From Thermodesulfobacteriota bacterium (lineage in GTDB: Bacteria > Desulfobacterota > Desulfobulbia > Desulfobulbales > JBFMBH01): a stretch of 64,000 bases of DNA. Both the position numbers and the translations under genes were made by a program. Position 1 is the stretch's first letter. Each line of letters opens with the position of its first letter. Location of the stretch: NCBI GenBank assembly GCA_040755095.1, contig JBFMBH010000004.1, positions 12,968-76,967 of the forward strand, in the 5' to 3' direction. Below the pieces are notes generated by a model that saw only the letters and a list, made by a program, of their open reading frames with translations, searched no databases and was not told the origin of the DNA. Positions 17,734 to 27,993 of this stretch are shown here, piece after piece.

Positions 17734-19665
17734 CTAGAAGCCCCGGGCGCGGCGGCTCTCCTCCCCCACCAGCTCCAGGAAGGCGGCAGGGGTCATGGCC
17801 GGCAGGTTCTGGCCGTCCCGCAGCCGCACGGTCAAGGTGCCGTCAGCCTTCTCCTTGTCGCCGATCACCACCATGTAGGGCACCTTGCCCAACTGGGCCT
17901 CCCGGATTTTGTAGCCGAGCTTCTCGTTGCGCAGATCCAGCTCCACCCGGCAGCCGGCCAGCTGCAGCTGGCGATGCACGGCCTGGGCATAGTCCGCCTG
18001 CTCGTCGGTCACGGTGAGGAGCCGCGCTTGCACCGGGGCCAGCCAGACCGGAAAGGCGCCAGCATAGTGCTCGATGAGCACGCCGAAAAAACGCTCCAGG
18101 GAGCCCATCAAGGCCCGGTGCACCATGATCGGCCGGTGCTCCTGGCCATCCTCACCCGTGTAGCCGATATCAAAGCGCTCGGGCAGGTTGAAGTCCACCT
18201 GAATGGTCGAGCACTGCCAAGCGCGCCCCAGAACGTCCTTGATCTTGATGTCGATCTTGGGGCCGTAGAACACCCCTTCACCGGGGTCGATGGCATACGC
18301 CATACCCTTTTTCTCCAGGGCCAAGCGCAGAGCGTCGGTGGCCTGCTGCCAGTGCTCGTCGCTGCCCACGTACTTCTCGGGCCGGGTGGACAGGTAGATG
18401 TCGTACTGGTCAAAACCGAAGGTGGACAGCACCTGGAGGTTGAGGTCCAGGATGTTGAAAATCTCGTCCTCCAACTGGTCCGGCCGGCAGAAGATGTGGG
18501 CGTCGTCCTGGGTGAAGCCCCGCACCCGCATGAGGCCGTGCAGCACCCCGGTGCGCTCGTAACGGTAGACCGTGCCCAGCTCGCACCAGCGGATCGGCAG
18601 CTCCCGGTAGCTGCGCCGCCGTACCTTGTAGATGGCGATATGGAAGGGGCAGTTCATGGGCTTGAGCTGGTAGGGCACCTCATCGATGGCCATCGGCGCG
18701 TACATGTTCTCGCTGTAGAAGTCGAGATGGCCGCTGCGCCGCCACAGGTCCAGGCGGGCGATATGGGGTGTGTAGAGCAGCTCGTAGCCGTGCCGGTTGT
18801 GCATCTCCTTCCAGTGGTCTTCGATCAGCCGGCGCACCAGGGCGCCTTTGGGCTGCCAGAGGATGAGCCCCGGGCCCACGCCATCCTGGATGGCGAACAG
18901 CTCCAGATCCTTGCCCAACCGGCGGTGATCCCGGCGCTTGGCCTCCTCCAGGGCTGCCAGATGGGCCTTCAGGGCCTTCTCCTCGAAGAAGGCAGTGCCA
19001 TAGAGGCGCTGCAGCATGGGCCGCGTCTCGTCGCCGCGCCAGTAAGCCCCAGCCACCTGCGTCAGCTTGAAGGCCCGGATCCAGCCGCTGTGGGGAATAT
19101 GCGGCCCCCGGCACAGGTCCAGGAAGCTGCCCTGACGGTAGACCGAGACGATCGGCTCGGTCAGCTCCTCCAGCAGCTCCACCTTGTACGGCTCATCAAG
19201 CTCCCGGAAGAGGGCGATGGCCGCGGCACGATCCATCTCCTCCCGGACAAAGGGCAGCGCCTGGGCAATGAGCTCCCGCATCCGAGCCTCAATGGCCTCG
19301 AAATCCTCGGGCGTAAACGGCTCGGCGCGGTCGAAATCGTAATAGAAGCCGTTGTCGATGGCTGGCCCGATCGCCACCTTTACCCCGGGCCCGAACAGCT
19401 CCCGCACCGCGGCCGCCATGATATGGGCGGTGCTGTGGCGGAGGATCGCCAGGGACTCCGGGGCGTCCTCGGCAAGAGACGTCAGGACCGTGTCCACCGC
19501 CAGCGGTCGGCTCAGGTCCAGAAGCTGGCCGTCGGCAGTGCGCGCTGCCAGGGCTCTTTTGGCCTGCTTCTTGGACAGCAGCTCGGCCAGGGCGCCCGCC
19601 ACGGTGGTGCCGGCATCGACCTCTTTGGCCTGACCGTCCGGCAGCGATACAGTGATCACGCTCAT
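17734..19665 (-). CDS. thrS: threonine--tRNA ligase
   Basis: 643 aa. It has a TGS domain N-terminus (MSVITVSLPDGQAKEV), a class II core and an anticodon-binding domain. Confidence 0.96.
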   Translation of the reverse strand: MSVITVSLPDGQAKEVDAGTTVAGALAELLSKKQAKRALAARTADGQLLDLSRPLAVDTVLTSLAEDAPESLAILRHSTAHIMAAAVRELFGPGVKVAIGPAIDNGFYYDFDRAEPFTPEDFEAIEARMRELIAQALPFVREEMDRAAAIALFRELDEPYKVELLEELTEPIVSVYRQGSFLDLCRGPHIPHSGWIRAFKLTQVAGAYWRGDETRPMLQRLYGTAFFEEKALKAHLAALEEAKRRDHRRLGKDLELFAIQDGVGPGLILWQPKGALVRRLIEDHWKEMHNRHGYELLYTPHIARLDLWRRSGHLDFYSENMYAPMAIDEVPYQLKPMNCPFHIAIYKVRRRSYRELPIRWCELGTVYRYERTGVLHGLMRVRGFTQDDAHIFCRPDQLEDEIFNILDLNLQVLSTFGFDQYDIYLSTRPEKYVGSDEHWQQATDALRLALEKKGMAYAIDPGEGVFYGPKIDIKIKDVLGRAWQCSTIQVDFNLPERFDIGYTGEDGQEHRPIMVHRALMGSLERFFGVLIEHYAGAFPVWLAPVQARLLTVTDEQADYAQAVHRQLQLAGCRVELDLRNEKLGYKIREAQLGKVPYMVVIGDKEKADGTLTVRLRDGQNLPAMTPAAFLELVGEESRRARGF

Positions 19666-19767
19666 GCCCGCCCCACAGGAAAAAGGAAGCTCCGCAACGA
19701 CGGCGGATCGTTGCGAAGCCGAGCAGCCAGCACAAACACCGATGTCAACAACCGACGGAAACAGGAA

Positions 19768-19842
19768 TGGTAGGCGCGGGCGGGATTGAACCGCCGACTT
19801 CTACCGCGTCAAGGTAGCGCTCTCCCACTGAGCTACGCGCCT
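19768..19842 (-). tRNA. tRNA-Val (anticodon GAC)
   Basis: The minus strand reads AGGCGCGTAGCTCAGTGGGAGAGCGCTACCTTGACGCGGTAGAAGTCGGCGGTTCAATCCCGCCCGCGCCTACCA, 75 nt, with anticodon loop UUGACGC. Confidence 0.93.
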
Positions 19843-19966
19843 GTTCTGTTTGGTCCAACGCTTCCTGGCAAGGTCACGGCGGGACCCCGTTCAAATACCA
19901 GCAAACGGTGGCGAAGTCAAGGGGAATATGGCCCGGGACGCCGCTCTGACGGCCGGCCGCCGGCCG

Positions 19967-20617
19967 TCAGCCCCCGTTTGCTCCCCCCTGCCCCTGGCCG
20001 TCCACCGGACCCGGCGCACACGGCCGGCGGCCCTCGATGGCCCGGGCCAGGGTCACCTCGTCAGCATACTTGATGTCCATGCCCATGGGAATACCGAAGG
20101 CCAACCGGGAGATCCGAGCCGCTCCTCCGCGCAGGCGCTGGATGAGGAGGGCTGCCGTCGCCTCCCCCGGCACCGTGGAACTGGTGGCAATCAGCACCTC
20201 CCGGATCTGCGGCTGCCGGGCCCGGGCCACGAGCAGATCCACCTTGAGCTCCTCGGACCCGATGCCGTCCACGGGGGACAGCACGCCGTGGAGGACATGG
20301 TACAGGCCCCGGTAGGTACCGGACTTCTCCACCGCGGCCAGATCGCTGGCCTCCTCCACCACGCAGACCAGGCCCCGGTCCCGGGACGGATCGGCGCAGA
20401 CGGGGCAGGGATCGGTCGCCGAAAAGGCGCAGCAAACCGAACAGAGGCGGATGGCACCATGCAGCTCCGCCAGGCTCCGGGCCAGGGCCTGCGCCTCCGC
20501 CGCCGGCCGGCGCAGCAGGAACAGAGCCAGCCGGGTGGCGGTCTTCCTGCCGATGCCCGGCAGGCGGTGCAGGTCTTCGATGAGCCGGACCAGGGCCGCC
20601 GGCATGGTCTCCCGCAT
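19967..20617 (-). CDS. recR: recombination protein RecR
   Basis: LIEDLHRLPGIGRKTATRLALFLL is a helix-hairpin-helix. A CxxC...CxxC zinc finger (CSVCCAFSATDPCPVC) and a Toprim region follow. The start was chosen downstream of the ybaB stop. Confidence 0.9.
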   Translation of the reverse strand: MRETMPAALVRLIEDLHRLPGIGRKTATRLALFLLRRPAAEAQALARSLAELHGAIRLCSVCCAFSATDPCPVCADPSRDRGLVCVVEEASDLAAVEKSGTYRGLYHVLHGVLSPVDGIGSEELKVDLLVARARQPQIREVLIATSSTVPGEATAALLIQRLRGGAARISRLAFGIPMGMDIKYADEVTLARAIEGRRPCAPGPVDGQGQGGANGG

Positions 20618-20627
20618 ATGGCAGCGC

Positions 20628-20936
20628 CTAGAAGAGGCCCGGAATGCGCATCCCGCCGGTGAGCTTGCCCATCTCTTCCTGGGCCATGGCCGCGGCCTTG
20701 GAATGGGCATCGTTCACCGCGGCGATCACCAGATCCTGGAGCAGGGTCGGATCGGCGGGGTCGATCACCGTCGGCTCGATGGTCAGGGCGACCAGCTCAT
20801 GGCGGCCGTTCACGGTGGCCTGCACCATGCCGCCGCCTACGGACGAAGTCACCCGCCGGGAGCCCAGGTCCTCTTGCATCTCGGCGATCCTTTTCTGAAA
20901 CTGCTGGGCCTGTTTGAACAGCTGATCCATGTTCAT
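20628..20936 (-). CDS. ybaB: YbaB/EbfC nucleoid-associated protein
   Basis: MNMDQLFKQAQQFQKRIAEMQEDL...GGGMVQATVNG...MRIPGLF is typical of YbaB. It sits between dnaX and recR. Confidence 0.92.
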   Translation of the reverse strand: MNMDQLFKQAQQFQKRIAEMQEDLGSRRVTSSVGGGMVQATVNGRHELVALTIEPTVIDPADPTLLQDLVIAAVNDAHSKAAAMAQEEMGKLTGGMRIPGLF

Positions 20937-20955
20937 GGTGTCTTTCCTCCGGCCC

Positions 20956-22695
20956 TCAGGGCTTTCTGGCGTCGCTGGTGCGGATCTCGGTGATGGCGCC
21001 GCCGAAGATCTCCACCGCGGCTTGCACCAGCGGCTCGGCGGCCAGGGCCCGGCGCTCTGCGCCGGGGTCGGGACCACTGGTGGCCGCGGCCGGCGCTGAC
21101 TCCGGGATACCGGCCGGGGTGTCGATGACGACCCGCAGCTCCCGCTGAAAAAAATCAGCCAGATAGCCGGCGATCAGGCGTACGTTCTCCTGGTCCTGGA
21201 GCACCGCACCGTCGCTGGCCTGCCCGAAGCGTACCACAAGACTGCCCCCTTCCTCCCGGACCCCGTCGGCCAGACGCAGGGAGTGGGCCAGCCATGGCTT
21301 GCGGCCCTTGACATAGCCGATGAACTCGTCCCAGCCCTGGCGCACCGAGCGGTTGCCCGCTGGCCCCGTCACCGGGAGCGGCTCGGCGGCAGCCGGCGGC
21401 CGGCGGGGCTCGGCGGGGGCCGGCGCGGGGGCATTGGCCGCCGGTTGGCCCGGTCCCCCGGTTGGCACCGGCCGGGGCAGGCCCGGGGCCCCGGCCGGCT
21501 GGGCCAACAGCGCCGCCGGCTCCACCGGCCAACCCAGGCCGGCCGGCAGAGTCCCTGCAGCCAGCAGGCGATCCAGCCTGTCCAGCACCTCGTCCAGGGG
21601 CACGAGCTGGCCGGCCTGCATGGCCCGGATGAGTGCGGTCTCCAGCACCAGCCGCGGCTGGGCCGCCCGCCCCATGGCCTCCACCCCCTGGACCAGGTGG
21701 TGAAAGTGCTGTCCCAACGCCTCCACGGCGTGACCGGCTGCCAAGTCCCTGGCCGCCGCCAGCTCCTCCTCCGGCAGATCAATGAGCTCGGCTGGCTTCT
21801 GGGCCAGCCGGCACACGAGGAGAGCCCGGAAGTATTCCACCAGATCCTGGGCGAAGCGGCGCACGTCGCCGCCGATCTGACTCACCCGCGCCAGCACCCC
21901 GAGGCAGCGTCCCAGGTCGGCGGCCAGAATGGCTCGGGCCATCTCCTCAATGAGCCGGCGGTCGACCAGGCCCAGCACCTCCAGGACGTCGGTATCCGCC
22001 ACCGACTCGCCGGCAAAGGAAAAGATCTGATCCAGCAGGGACAGGCCGTCCCGCACCGAGCCCCCGGCCTCCCGAGCCACCAGGCCCAGGGCCCGATCCG
22101 AGATCGCTACCCCCTCCCCGTCGGCCACCCGGCGGAAGAAGGCTGCCAGCTCGGCCATCGACACCCTCTTGAGCTCATGGCGCTGGCACCGGGAGAGGAT
22201 GGTCACAGGCACCCGATGCAGCTCGGTGGTGGCGAACAGGAAGTAGACGTGGGCCGGCGGCTCCTCCAGGGTCTTCAACAGGGCGTTGAAGGCCTCGGTG
22301 GTGAGCATGTGCACCTCGTCGATGATCACCACCCGGAAGCGGCACTGGGTCGGGAAGTAGCGGATGTTCTCCTTGAGGTCCCGGATCTCCTGGATACCCC
22401 GGTTGGAGGCGCCGTCGATCTCCTGCACGTCCAGGGCCGCGCCGGCGGTGATCTCCTGGCAGGGCGGACAGCGGTTGCAGGGGGTTGGGGTGGGACCTTC
22501 GACGCAGTTGAGGGCCTTGGCCATGATCCGGGCCAGGGTGGTCTTGCCCACCCCCCGCACCCCGGAGAAGATGAGGGCATGGGGCACCCGGTCCCGCCGC
22601 AGGGCATTCTCCAGGGTGGCGACCACCGACCGCTGGCCGATGACATCGGCAAAGGTCTGCGGCCGCATCTTGCGGGCCAGCACCAGGTAGCTCAT
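20956..22695 (-). CDS. dnaX: DNA polymerase III subunits gamma/tau
   Basis: MSYLVLARKMRPQTFADVIGQ...GVRGVGKTT...VIIIDEVHML. The upstream extension of the ORF to 22911 reads through the SRP RNA and a tRNA and is rejected. Confidence 0.93.
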   Translation of the reverse strand: MSYLVLARKMRPQTFADVIGQRSVVATLENALRRDRVPHALIFSGVRGVGKTTLARIMAKALNCVEGPTPTPCNRCPPCQEITAGAALDVQEIDGASNRGIQEIRDLKENIRYFPTQCRFRVVIIDEVHMLTTEAFNALLKTLEEPPAHVYFLFATTELHRVPVTILSRCQRHELKRVSMAELAAFFRRVADGEGVAISDRALGLVAREAGGSVRDGLSLLDQIFSFAGESVADTDVLEVLGLVDRRLIEEMARAILAADLGRCLGVLARVSQIGGDVRRFAQDLVEYFRALLVCRLAQKPAELIDLPEEELAAARDLAAGHAVEALGQHFHHLVQGVEAMGRAAQPRLVLETALIRAMQAGQLVPLDEVLDRLDRLLAAGTLPAGLGWPVEPAALLAQPAGAPGLPRPVPTGGPGQPAANAPAPAPAEPRRPPAAAEPLPVTGPAGNRSVRQGWDEFIGYVKGRKPWLAHSLRLADGVREEGGSLVVRFGQASDGAVLQDQENVRLIAGYLADFFQRELRVVIDTPAGIPESAPAAATSGPDPGAERRALAAEPLVQAAVEIFGGAITEIRTSDARKP

Positions 22696-22740
22696 GGCGC
22701 GCTCGCCGGACCAGACAGCATCAGCTGGCCCCGAAAAAAA

Positions 22741-22843
22741 TGATAGCCAGGCACCCTGCGGCACACAAAGGATCTTGCTACCGTTGCTTCCTCCCGGACC
22801 TGGCGGGGTTCGCAAGACTTTGTTGCGCAGGACCCGGCTATCA
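22741..22843 (-). ncRNA. ffs: signal recognition particle RNA (small/4.5S type)
   Basis: The minus strand forms a long hairpin: 5' GATAGCCGGGTCCTGCG pairs with 3' CGCAGGGTGCCTGGCTATC. It contains the conserved CCAGGUCCGGGAGGAAGCAAC domain IV motif and is followed by a U7 run. This is the classic position upstream of dnaX. Ends are approximate, within about 5 nt. Confidence 0.85.
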
Positions 22844-22861
22844 AACCGAAGTCCTTTCTTC

Positions 22862-22954
<93 letters not shown>

Positions 22955-23044
22955 TGATGGCAAACGGTTGTCGAGGGATATCTCCTCCCGGCGGGCCGCC
23001 ATACCCCAACGGGCATTTCAGGCTTCCGGCTGACGACATGGCTT

Positions 23045-23113
<69 letters not shown>

Positions 23114-23137
<24 letters not shown>

Positions 23138-23677
23138 GCAACCGCTGGCGGCATCCCGCCCCCTGACCTCGATCCCAGCATAACCGCCCGCAAGGGGCCG
23201 GCGGACGCGAAAGAAATCCTTCAAGATCCCGCCACAGGCCTCCGCCGCCACCCCGGCGCAGACCGTCAGGCGGTGGTTCAGAAGGCCATCCTGCCCGATC
23301 CGGTAGCGGGAAGCGACCCCCCCCGCCTTGGGGTCGTCGGCGCCGTAGACCAGACGCGCAACCCGTGCATGCACCAGGGCCGCGGCGCACATGGCACAGG
23401 GCTCCACGGTCACATACACCGTGGTGCCGGTCAACCGGTAATTGGCCAGCCTCTGCCCGGCGGCCCGCAGCACCAGAATCTCGGCATGGGCAGTAGGGTC
23501 GTGGCGCTCCCGGCTGCGGTTGCCATCCCGGGCCAGCACCTGGCCGCTCCCGTCCACCAGCACCGCGCCCACCGGCACCTCGCCCCGGATCGCCGCGGCC
23601 TGCGCCTCTTCCAGGGCCAGGGCCATGCAGGCCGCATCCTGCTCGGCCAACGGGAGGGCACTATATACCATGGCCAA
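23114..23677 (-). CDS. tadA: tRNA-specific adenosine deaminase
   Basis: HAEILVLR...TVEPCAMCAAAL is the CDA zinc motif, and FFRVRR is near the C-terminus. The last ~8 codons overlap the 5' end of tRNA-Ser(CGA). Confidence 0.88.
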
Positions 23678-23701
23678 GGGCTGGCTGCAACCGGCTCGCG
23701 G

Positions 23702-24622
23702 TCAGCCGCCGGCAGCCCGGCGGCGGCTGCGGGCGTAGTTGGCCGCCTCCCAGCCGGCCACACAGCCCTCGCCCACCGCCTTGGCCATCTGGTACGGATG
23801 GCCGGTGATGTCGCCGGCGGCGTAGACCCCAGCCAGGTTGGTGCGGCCCTTGCGGTCCACCAGGATGTGGGTGAAATCCTCGGGGTCCAGGTCCACACCC
23901 AGGCTGGTGGCCAGCTCCAGGGCGCCCTTGGCCCCCAGCTCCACGAACACCCCTTCCAGCTCCAGGCGGCGGCCATCGTCCAGGAGAAGGCCCGCCACCT
24001 CCTGCTCCCCCAGGACCTCCTGCACCCAGACCCCCTGGCGAACCTCCACCGGGCTTGCCGCCAACCGTTGCGCCAGGGCGTCGGAGACTGCCAGCTCCCG
24101 GGCGATGAGGGTGACCTGCCGGGCATACCGGGTCAAGGTCAAGGCGCCATCGGCCGCAGCGCTCTCGTTGCCCACCACCGCCACCCGCTGGTTGCGGAAG
24201 AAGTTGGCGTCGCAGTCCACACAGTAGCTCACCCCACGGCCGGCCAGCTCCTTCTCCCCTTTCACCTTGAGCTTCTTGCGGGCGGTGCCGGTGGCCAGGA
24301 TCACCGCCAGGCCCTGGTGCTGCCCGCCGCCTTCGCTCTCCACCACAAAGCCGTCCCCCTCCTGCCGCACCGCCAGGACGTCCTCGCCAAGGAGGCGGGC
24401 GCCAAAGGCCAGCGCCTGCCGCCGGCCGATGGCCACCAGCTCCTCGCCGGCCGAGACCCCCTCCACCCCCAGATAATTCTCCACATGGGCGCCGGCCAGG
24501 CTGCTGCGCTCCGGCCGGCCCAGGACCAGCACCGAGGCCTTCTTGCGCACAGCATGGATGGCGGCCTGCAGTCCCGCCGGCCCGCTGCCAATGATGATGA
24601 CATCGACAATCGGCTCATTCAT
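23702..24622 (-). CDS. thioredoxin-reductase-like FAD/NAD(P)-dependent oxidoreductase
   Basis: VDVIIIGSGPAGLQAA is an FAD-binding motif. A redox CxxC (SYCVDCD) and a second dinucleotide-binding motif (VAVVGNESAA) are present. 306 aa. Confidence 0.8.
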   Translation of the reverse strand: MNEPIVDVIIIGSGPAGLQAAIHAVRKKASVLVLGRPERSSLAGAHVENYLGVEGVSAGEELVAIGRRQALAFGARLLGEDVLAVRQEGDGFVVESEGGGQHQGLAVILATGTARKKLKVKGEKELAGRGVSYCVDCDANFFRNQRVAVVGNESAAADGALTLTRYARQVTLIARELAVSDALAQRLAASPVEVRQGVWVQEVLGEQEVAGLLLDDGRRLELEGVFVELGAKGALELATSLGVDLDPEDFTHILVDRKGRTNLAGVYAAGDITGHPYQMAKAVGEGCVAGWEAANYARSRRRAAGG

Positions 24623-24712
24623 GGTGACTCCTCCCAGACCATAGACTTTCGTGCCTACCGGCAGACGGCGGCCGGCTGTCTTTCATCTCTTCCCCCGGGC
24701 CATCCGGGTGGC

Positions 24713-25726
24713 TCACGACTGAAGACCGGGCTCCAGGACCTGTCCGCCCGCCTTCCAGCAGCGGGCCCAGTGGCCAGGGCCAATGGCGTAGGCGGCGATT
24801 GCCCCGGCCCGGCAGCGGGCCTCCACCAGGGGACAGCGGCCCTGGAAGCGGCAGCCCCGGGGGAGATCCACCGGGCTCGGCGGCTCGCCGGGCAGGACCG
24901 CGAGACCACGGCCTTCGTCCGGACGTACAGAAGGCACTGCCGCCAGAAGCGCCCGGGTGTACGGATGGCTGGGCCGGGCAAAGACCGCCCCGCAGGGACC
25001 ATACTCCATGATATGCCCCAGATACATGACCGCCAGCGTGTGGCTGAGATAGCCCACCACATGGAGGTCGTGAGAGATGAACAGGTAGCCAAGCCCCAGC
25101 TCGGCCTGGAGATCGGTCAAAAGGTTCACGATCTGGGACTGGATGGACACGTCCAGGGCTGACACCGGCTCGTCGCACACGATGAGCCGCGGCCGGACAG
25201 ACAGCGCCCGGGCAATGCCGACCCGCTGGCGCTGGCCGCCGGAAAACTCGTGGGGGTAACGGCCGGCCGCCGCCCGGGGCAGGCCCACCATCTCCAGAAG
25301 CTCGGCCACCCGGGCCCGGCGCTCCGGGCCGCGACCGCCCTCCTGCCGCACCCCTTCCTCGATAGCCTCGCCTACGGTCATACGGGGGTTCAAGGATCCG
25401 TACGGGTCCTGGAAGATGATCTGCATCTGCCGCCGCAGACGCCGCAGCTCCCCTGCCGGCATGCGGCCCAGGTCCTGATCCTGGAAGAGAACCCGGCCGC
25501 CGTCGGCGGGCAGGAGCCGGAGCACCAGCCGGCCCACGGTGGACTTGCCGCAGCCGCTCTCCCCGACCAGCCCCAGGGTTTGGCCCGGGGCCATCGCCAG
25601 GTCAATGCCGTCCACCGCCTTGATCCAGCCCGCCGGCCGTTGCAGAACGCCGCGCCGCAGCGGAAAATATTTTTTGAGCCCCTGAACCGTCAACAGCTGC
25701 TCCCCAGTGCTGGATGGCCCGCTCAC
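24713..25726 (-). CDS. ABC transporter ATP-binding protein, OppF/DppF type
   Basis: Walker A (GESGCGKST), signature (FSGGQRQRVGIARAL) and Walker B (LIVCDEPVSALD) are present. The C-terminal oligopeptide-type extension is SHPYTRALL...GCRFQGRCP. The GTG start overlaps the upstream TPR gene stop (GTGA). No permease or binding-protein gene is nearby. Confidence 0.88.
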   Translation of the reverse strand: MSGPSSTGEQLLTVQGLKKYFPLRRGVLQRPAGWIKAVDGIDLAMAPGQTLGLVGESGCGKSTVGRLVLRLLPADGGRVLFQDQDLGRMPAGELRRLRRQMQIIFQDPYGSLNPRMTVGEAIEEGVRQEGGRGPERRARVAELLEMVGLPRAAAGRYPHEFSGGQRQRVGIARALSVRPRLIVCDEPVSALDVSIQSQIVNLLTDLQAELGLGYLFISHDLHVVGYLSHTLAVMYLGHIMEYGPCGAVFARPSHPYTRALLAAVPSVRPDEGRGLAVLPGEPPSPVDLPRGCRFQGRCPLVEARCRAGAIAAYAIGPGHWARCWKAGGQVLEPGLQS

Positions 25727-27993
25727 GGCTGCCCCCCTGTCCCTTCCTGGGCCGAGCCCGCCCGCTGCCTGTCCAGGCGCTGGCCCATATCCCGGGCCCG
25801 CTTGTACAGCCCCTCCGCCTCCATGTAGCGCCCCTGGGCCTGGCAGTTGGCAGCCAGAGCAGACAGTCCCAGGACGATGTTGCCGTGCTCCGGCCCGAAG
25901 GCCTGCTCCCAGATCGCCAGGCTGCGCCGCAGGAGCGGCTCGGCCTCCTGGTAGCGTCCCTGGTCCTGATGAAGACCAGCCAGGTTTCTGAGCACCGCCG
26001 CCACATAGGGATGCTCCGGCCCCAGGTGCTCCTCCCAGACGCTCAGGGCACGACGGTAGAGGGTGTCGGCCTGCCGGAAGCGACCCTGACCGTGGAGCAG
26101 CCGCGCCAGGTCATTGAGGATCTCGCCTTGCAGGGAATCGCTGGGCGCCACGGCCTGCTCGGCACCGGCCAGGGCCTCCCGGAACAAGACCTCAGCGGGC
26201 TCGGTCCGCCGCTCAGCCAGCAGCAGACGGGCCAGGCGGGCCTGCCAGCGGGCCAGCTCGCCCCGGTCGGCACCGGGCTGGGCCGCCAAGAGATCCACCG
26301 CCCGGCGCAACGAGGCCTCGGCCTCGGCGAGGCGCCCCCCCTGCTCGTGAACGCTGGCCAGGCCCCCCAGGGCCGGCACCAGCTCCAGGGCTGCCGTGCC
26401 CTGGCTGGCCTCGATGATCCCCAGCAGCCGGCGGTAGGTCTCCTCCGCCGCAACCGGCTGAGCGACCCGTTCCTGGAGATCCGCCAGGATCAAGAGCGGC
26501 TCGACAAGCTCAGGTGCCTGGGTGCCAAAGGTGGCTTCCCAGATCGCCACCGCCCGGGCCTGGAGCGGCAGGGCAGCGCCCGGTCCCTGGGTTGCCAGAC
26601 GCAGGCTGGCCACAAGCTGCAGCTGACCGGCTACGAAGGGATGCTCCACCCCGAAAAGCCTTTCCCATACCGCGACCGCCTGGCCGGCTAACGGCTCCGC
26701 CTCCCCCAACCGCCCGGCCAGGCGCAGGCAGTCCACCAGATCCGAGAGGCTGGCCGCGGTCCAGGCGTGGTCAGGGCCAAACTCCTGCCGGCGGATGGCG
26801 TACGACTCCCGCAGGAGCGGCTCCGCAGCCTGGGGCTGCCCCTGGGCCAGGAACAGACGCCCCCGGTCGGTCAAGGTCTCGGCCAGCTCCGGATCATCCG
26901 CCTCCAGGATGCGGCGCTGGATGGCCAGGGCCTGCTCCAGGGTGCCAGCAGCTGCGGCGGTCTCCCCCAAAGCCTTTTGCACCTCGGCCAGAGCCCGGAG
27001 CGTTGGCAACAGGTCGGAATGGGAAGGCCCCAGGGCGGCCCGCCACTCCGCGAGCGCCGCCTCCAGCGCAGCCTTGGCCACCGGCAGGTCGCCCCGGTCC
27101 CGATTGACCCGGCCAAGCCCCAGAAGACAGGCAGCCAACCGGCCCCGCTGCCGTGGCTCCACGGCGGCCAAGGCCGCCAGGGCCTGCAAATAGCCGGCCT
27201 CGGCCTGGCCGAGATCGCCCACTCTTTCCTGCGTCTGGGCCAGGGCCAAAGCAGCGGAGGCCGCGGCTGGGTGGCGGCCTCCGTGCGAGGACAGGGTCAG
27301 GGCCAGCACCCGGGTTCGGAGCTGACTGGCCGCCGGCATCTCCCCCAGCTCCTCGGCAGCCGCGGCCTGGCGGGCCAGGAGGTCGGCCAACAGCCCGTCG
27401 GCTCCTGCTCCGGCCGGCACCAGTTCTGTCGCTTGGCCATAGATACTGGCCGCCTCGGCGGTGGCCAGCAGCATGAAGGCCCGGTCGCCGTCGAAGCCGA
27501 GCAGGGTGGCGGCGGCCAGAGCCCCCTGGCCGCCGGTGGCCTTCTCCCGGGCCTGGCCGGCCAGGCGGGCCAGCTCCTCGTGCAGCCGGCCCAGCTCACC
27601 GGCATTGAGCCAGATCAGAAGCTGAGCCGCCCCGGGATCGCCGGACAGACTGTCCTCCTCCCATGCCGCGAGCCGGTTGCGGACCAGGCGGTAGCGCTCG
27701 CTCATGAGCCGCAGGCGCTCCCGGCGCTCCCTGGTCGTCAGCCGGTCAGGAAGCGCCTGCCGCAACGCCTGATAGACCCCGGCTGGCAAGCCGAGACGTT
27801 GCGGGCCGGGATCCGCATCCCCGCTGGCCGGGGCAGCGCTCTGGCCGGCCGGCTCCACCACGGGAGGCGGAGCCGGCTCCCCGCCGGGCTGTCCCCGCTG
27901 CCGCATTCCGCGGACGAGGCCCAGCCCCAGAGCCGGAACCAGCAGGCCCACGAGCAGCAGCCACAAGGCGGGTCGGTTGCGGAGGTCGGTCAT
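25723..27993 (-). CDS. membrane-anchored tetratricopeptide-repeat protein
   Basis: 756 aa. An N-terminal transmembrane helix (PALWLLLVGLLVPALGLGLV) and a Pro-rich linker are followed by many 42-residue TPR_12-like repeats (...LAxLxxxQGRYxEAEPLxxRALAIxExxxGPEHP...). Confidence 0.85.
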   Translation of the reverse strand: MTDLRNRPALWLLLVGLLVPALGLGLVRGMRQRGQPGGEPAPPPVVEPAGQSAAPASGDADPGPQRLGLPAGVYQALRQALPDRLTTRERRERLRLMSERYRLVRNRLAAWEEDSLSGDPGAAQLLIWLNAGELGRLHEELARLAGQAREKATGGQGALAAATLLGFDGDRAFMLLATAEAASIYGQATELVPAGAGADGLLADLLARQAAAAEELGEMPAASQLRTRVLALTLSSHGGRHPAAASAALALAQTQERVGDLGQAEAGYLQALAALAAVEPRQRGRLAACLLGLGRVNRDRGDLPVAKAALEAALAEWRAALGPSHSDLLPTLRALAEVQKALGETAAAAGTLEQALAIQRRILEADDPELAETLTDRGRLFLAQGQPQAAEPLLRESYAIRRQEFGPDHAWTAASLSDLVDCLRLAGRLGEAEPLAGQAVAVWERLFGVEHPFVAGQLQLVASLRLATQGPGAALPLQARAVAIWEATFGTQAPELVEPLLILADLQERVAQPVAAEETYRRLLGIIEASQGTAALELVPALGGLASVHEQGGRLAEAEASLRRAVDLLAAQPGADRGELARWQARLARLLLAERRTEPAEVLFREALAGAEQAVAPSDSLQGEILNDLARLLHGQGRFRQADTLYRRALSVWEEHLGPEHPYVAAVLRNLAGLHQDQGRYQEAEPLLRRSLAIWEQAFGPEHGNIVLGLSALAANCQAQGRYMEAEGLYKRARDMGQRLDRQRAGSAQEGTGGQP

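Noticed and set aside
19693-19715. Hairpin CGCAACGA-n7-TCGTTGCG between tRNA-Val and thrS as a terminator or thrS leader element.
   Set aside because: On the minus strand the U-run is separated from the stem by 8 nt. No T-box or operator-like mimic of the tRNA-Thr anticodon arm is evident. Its role is ambiguous.
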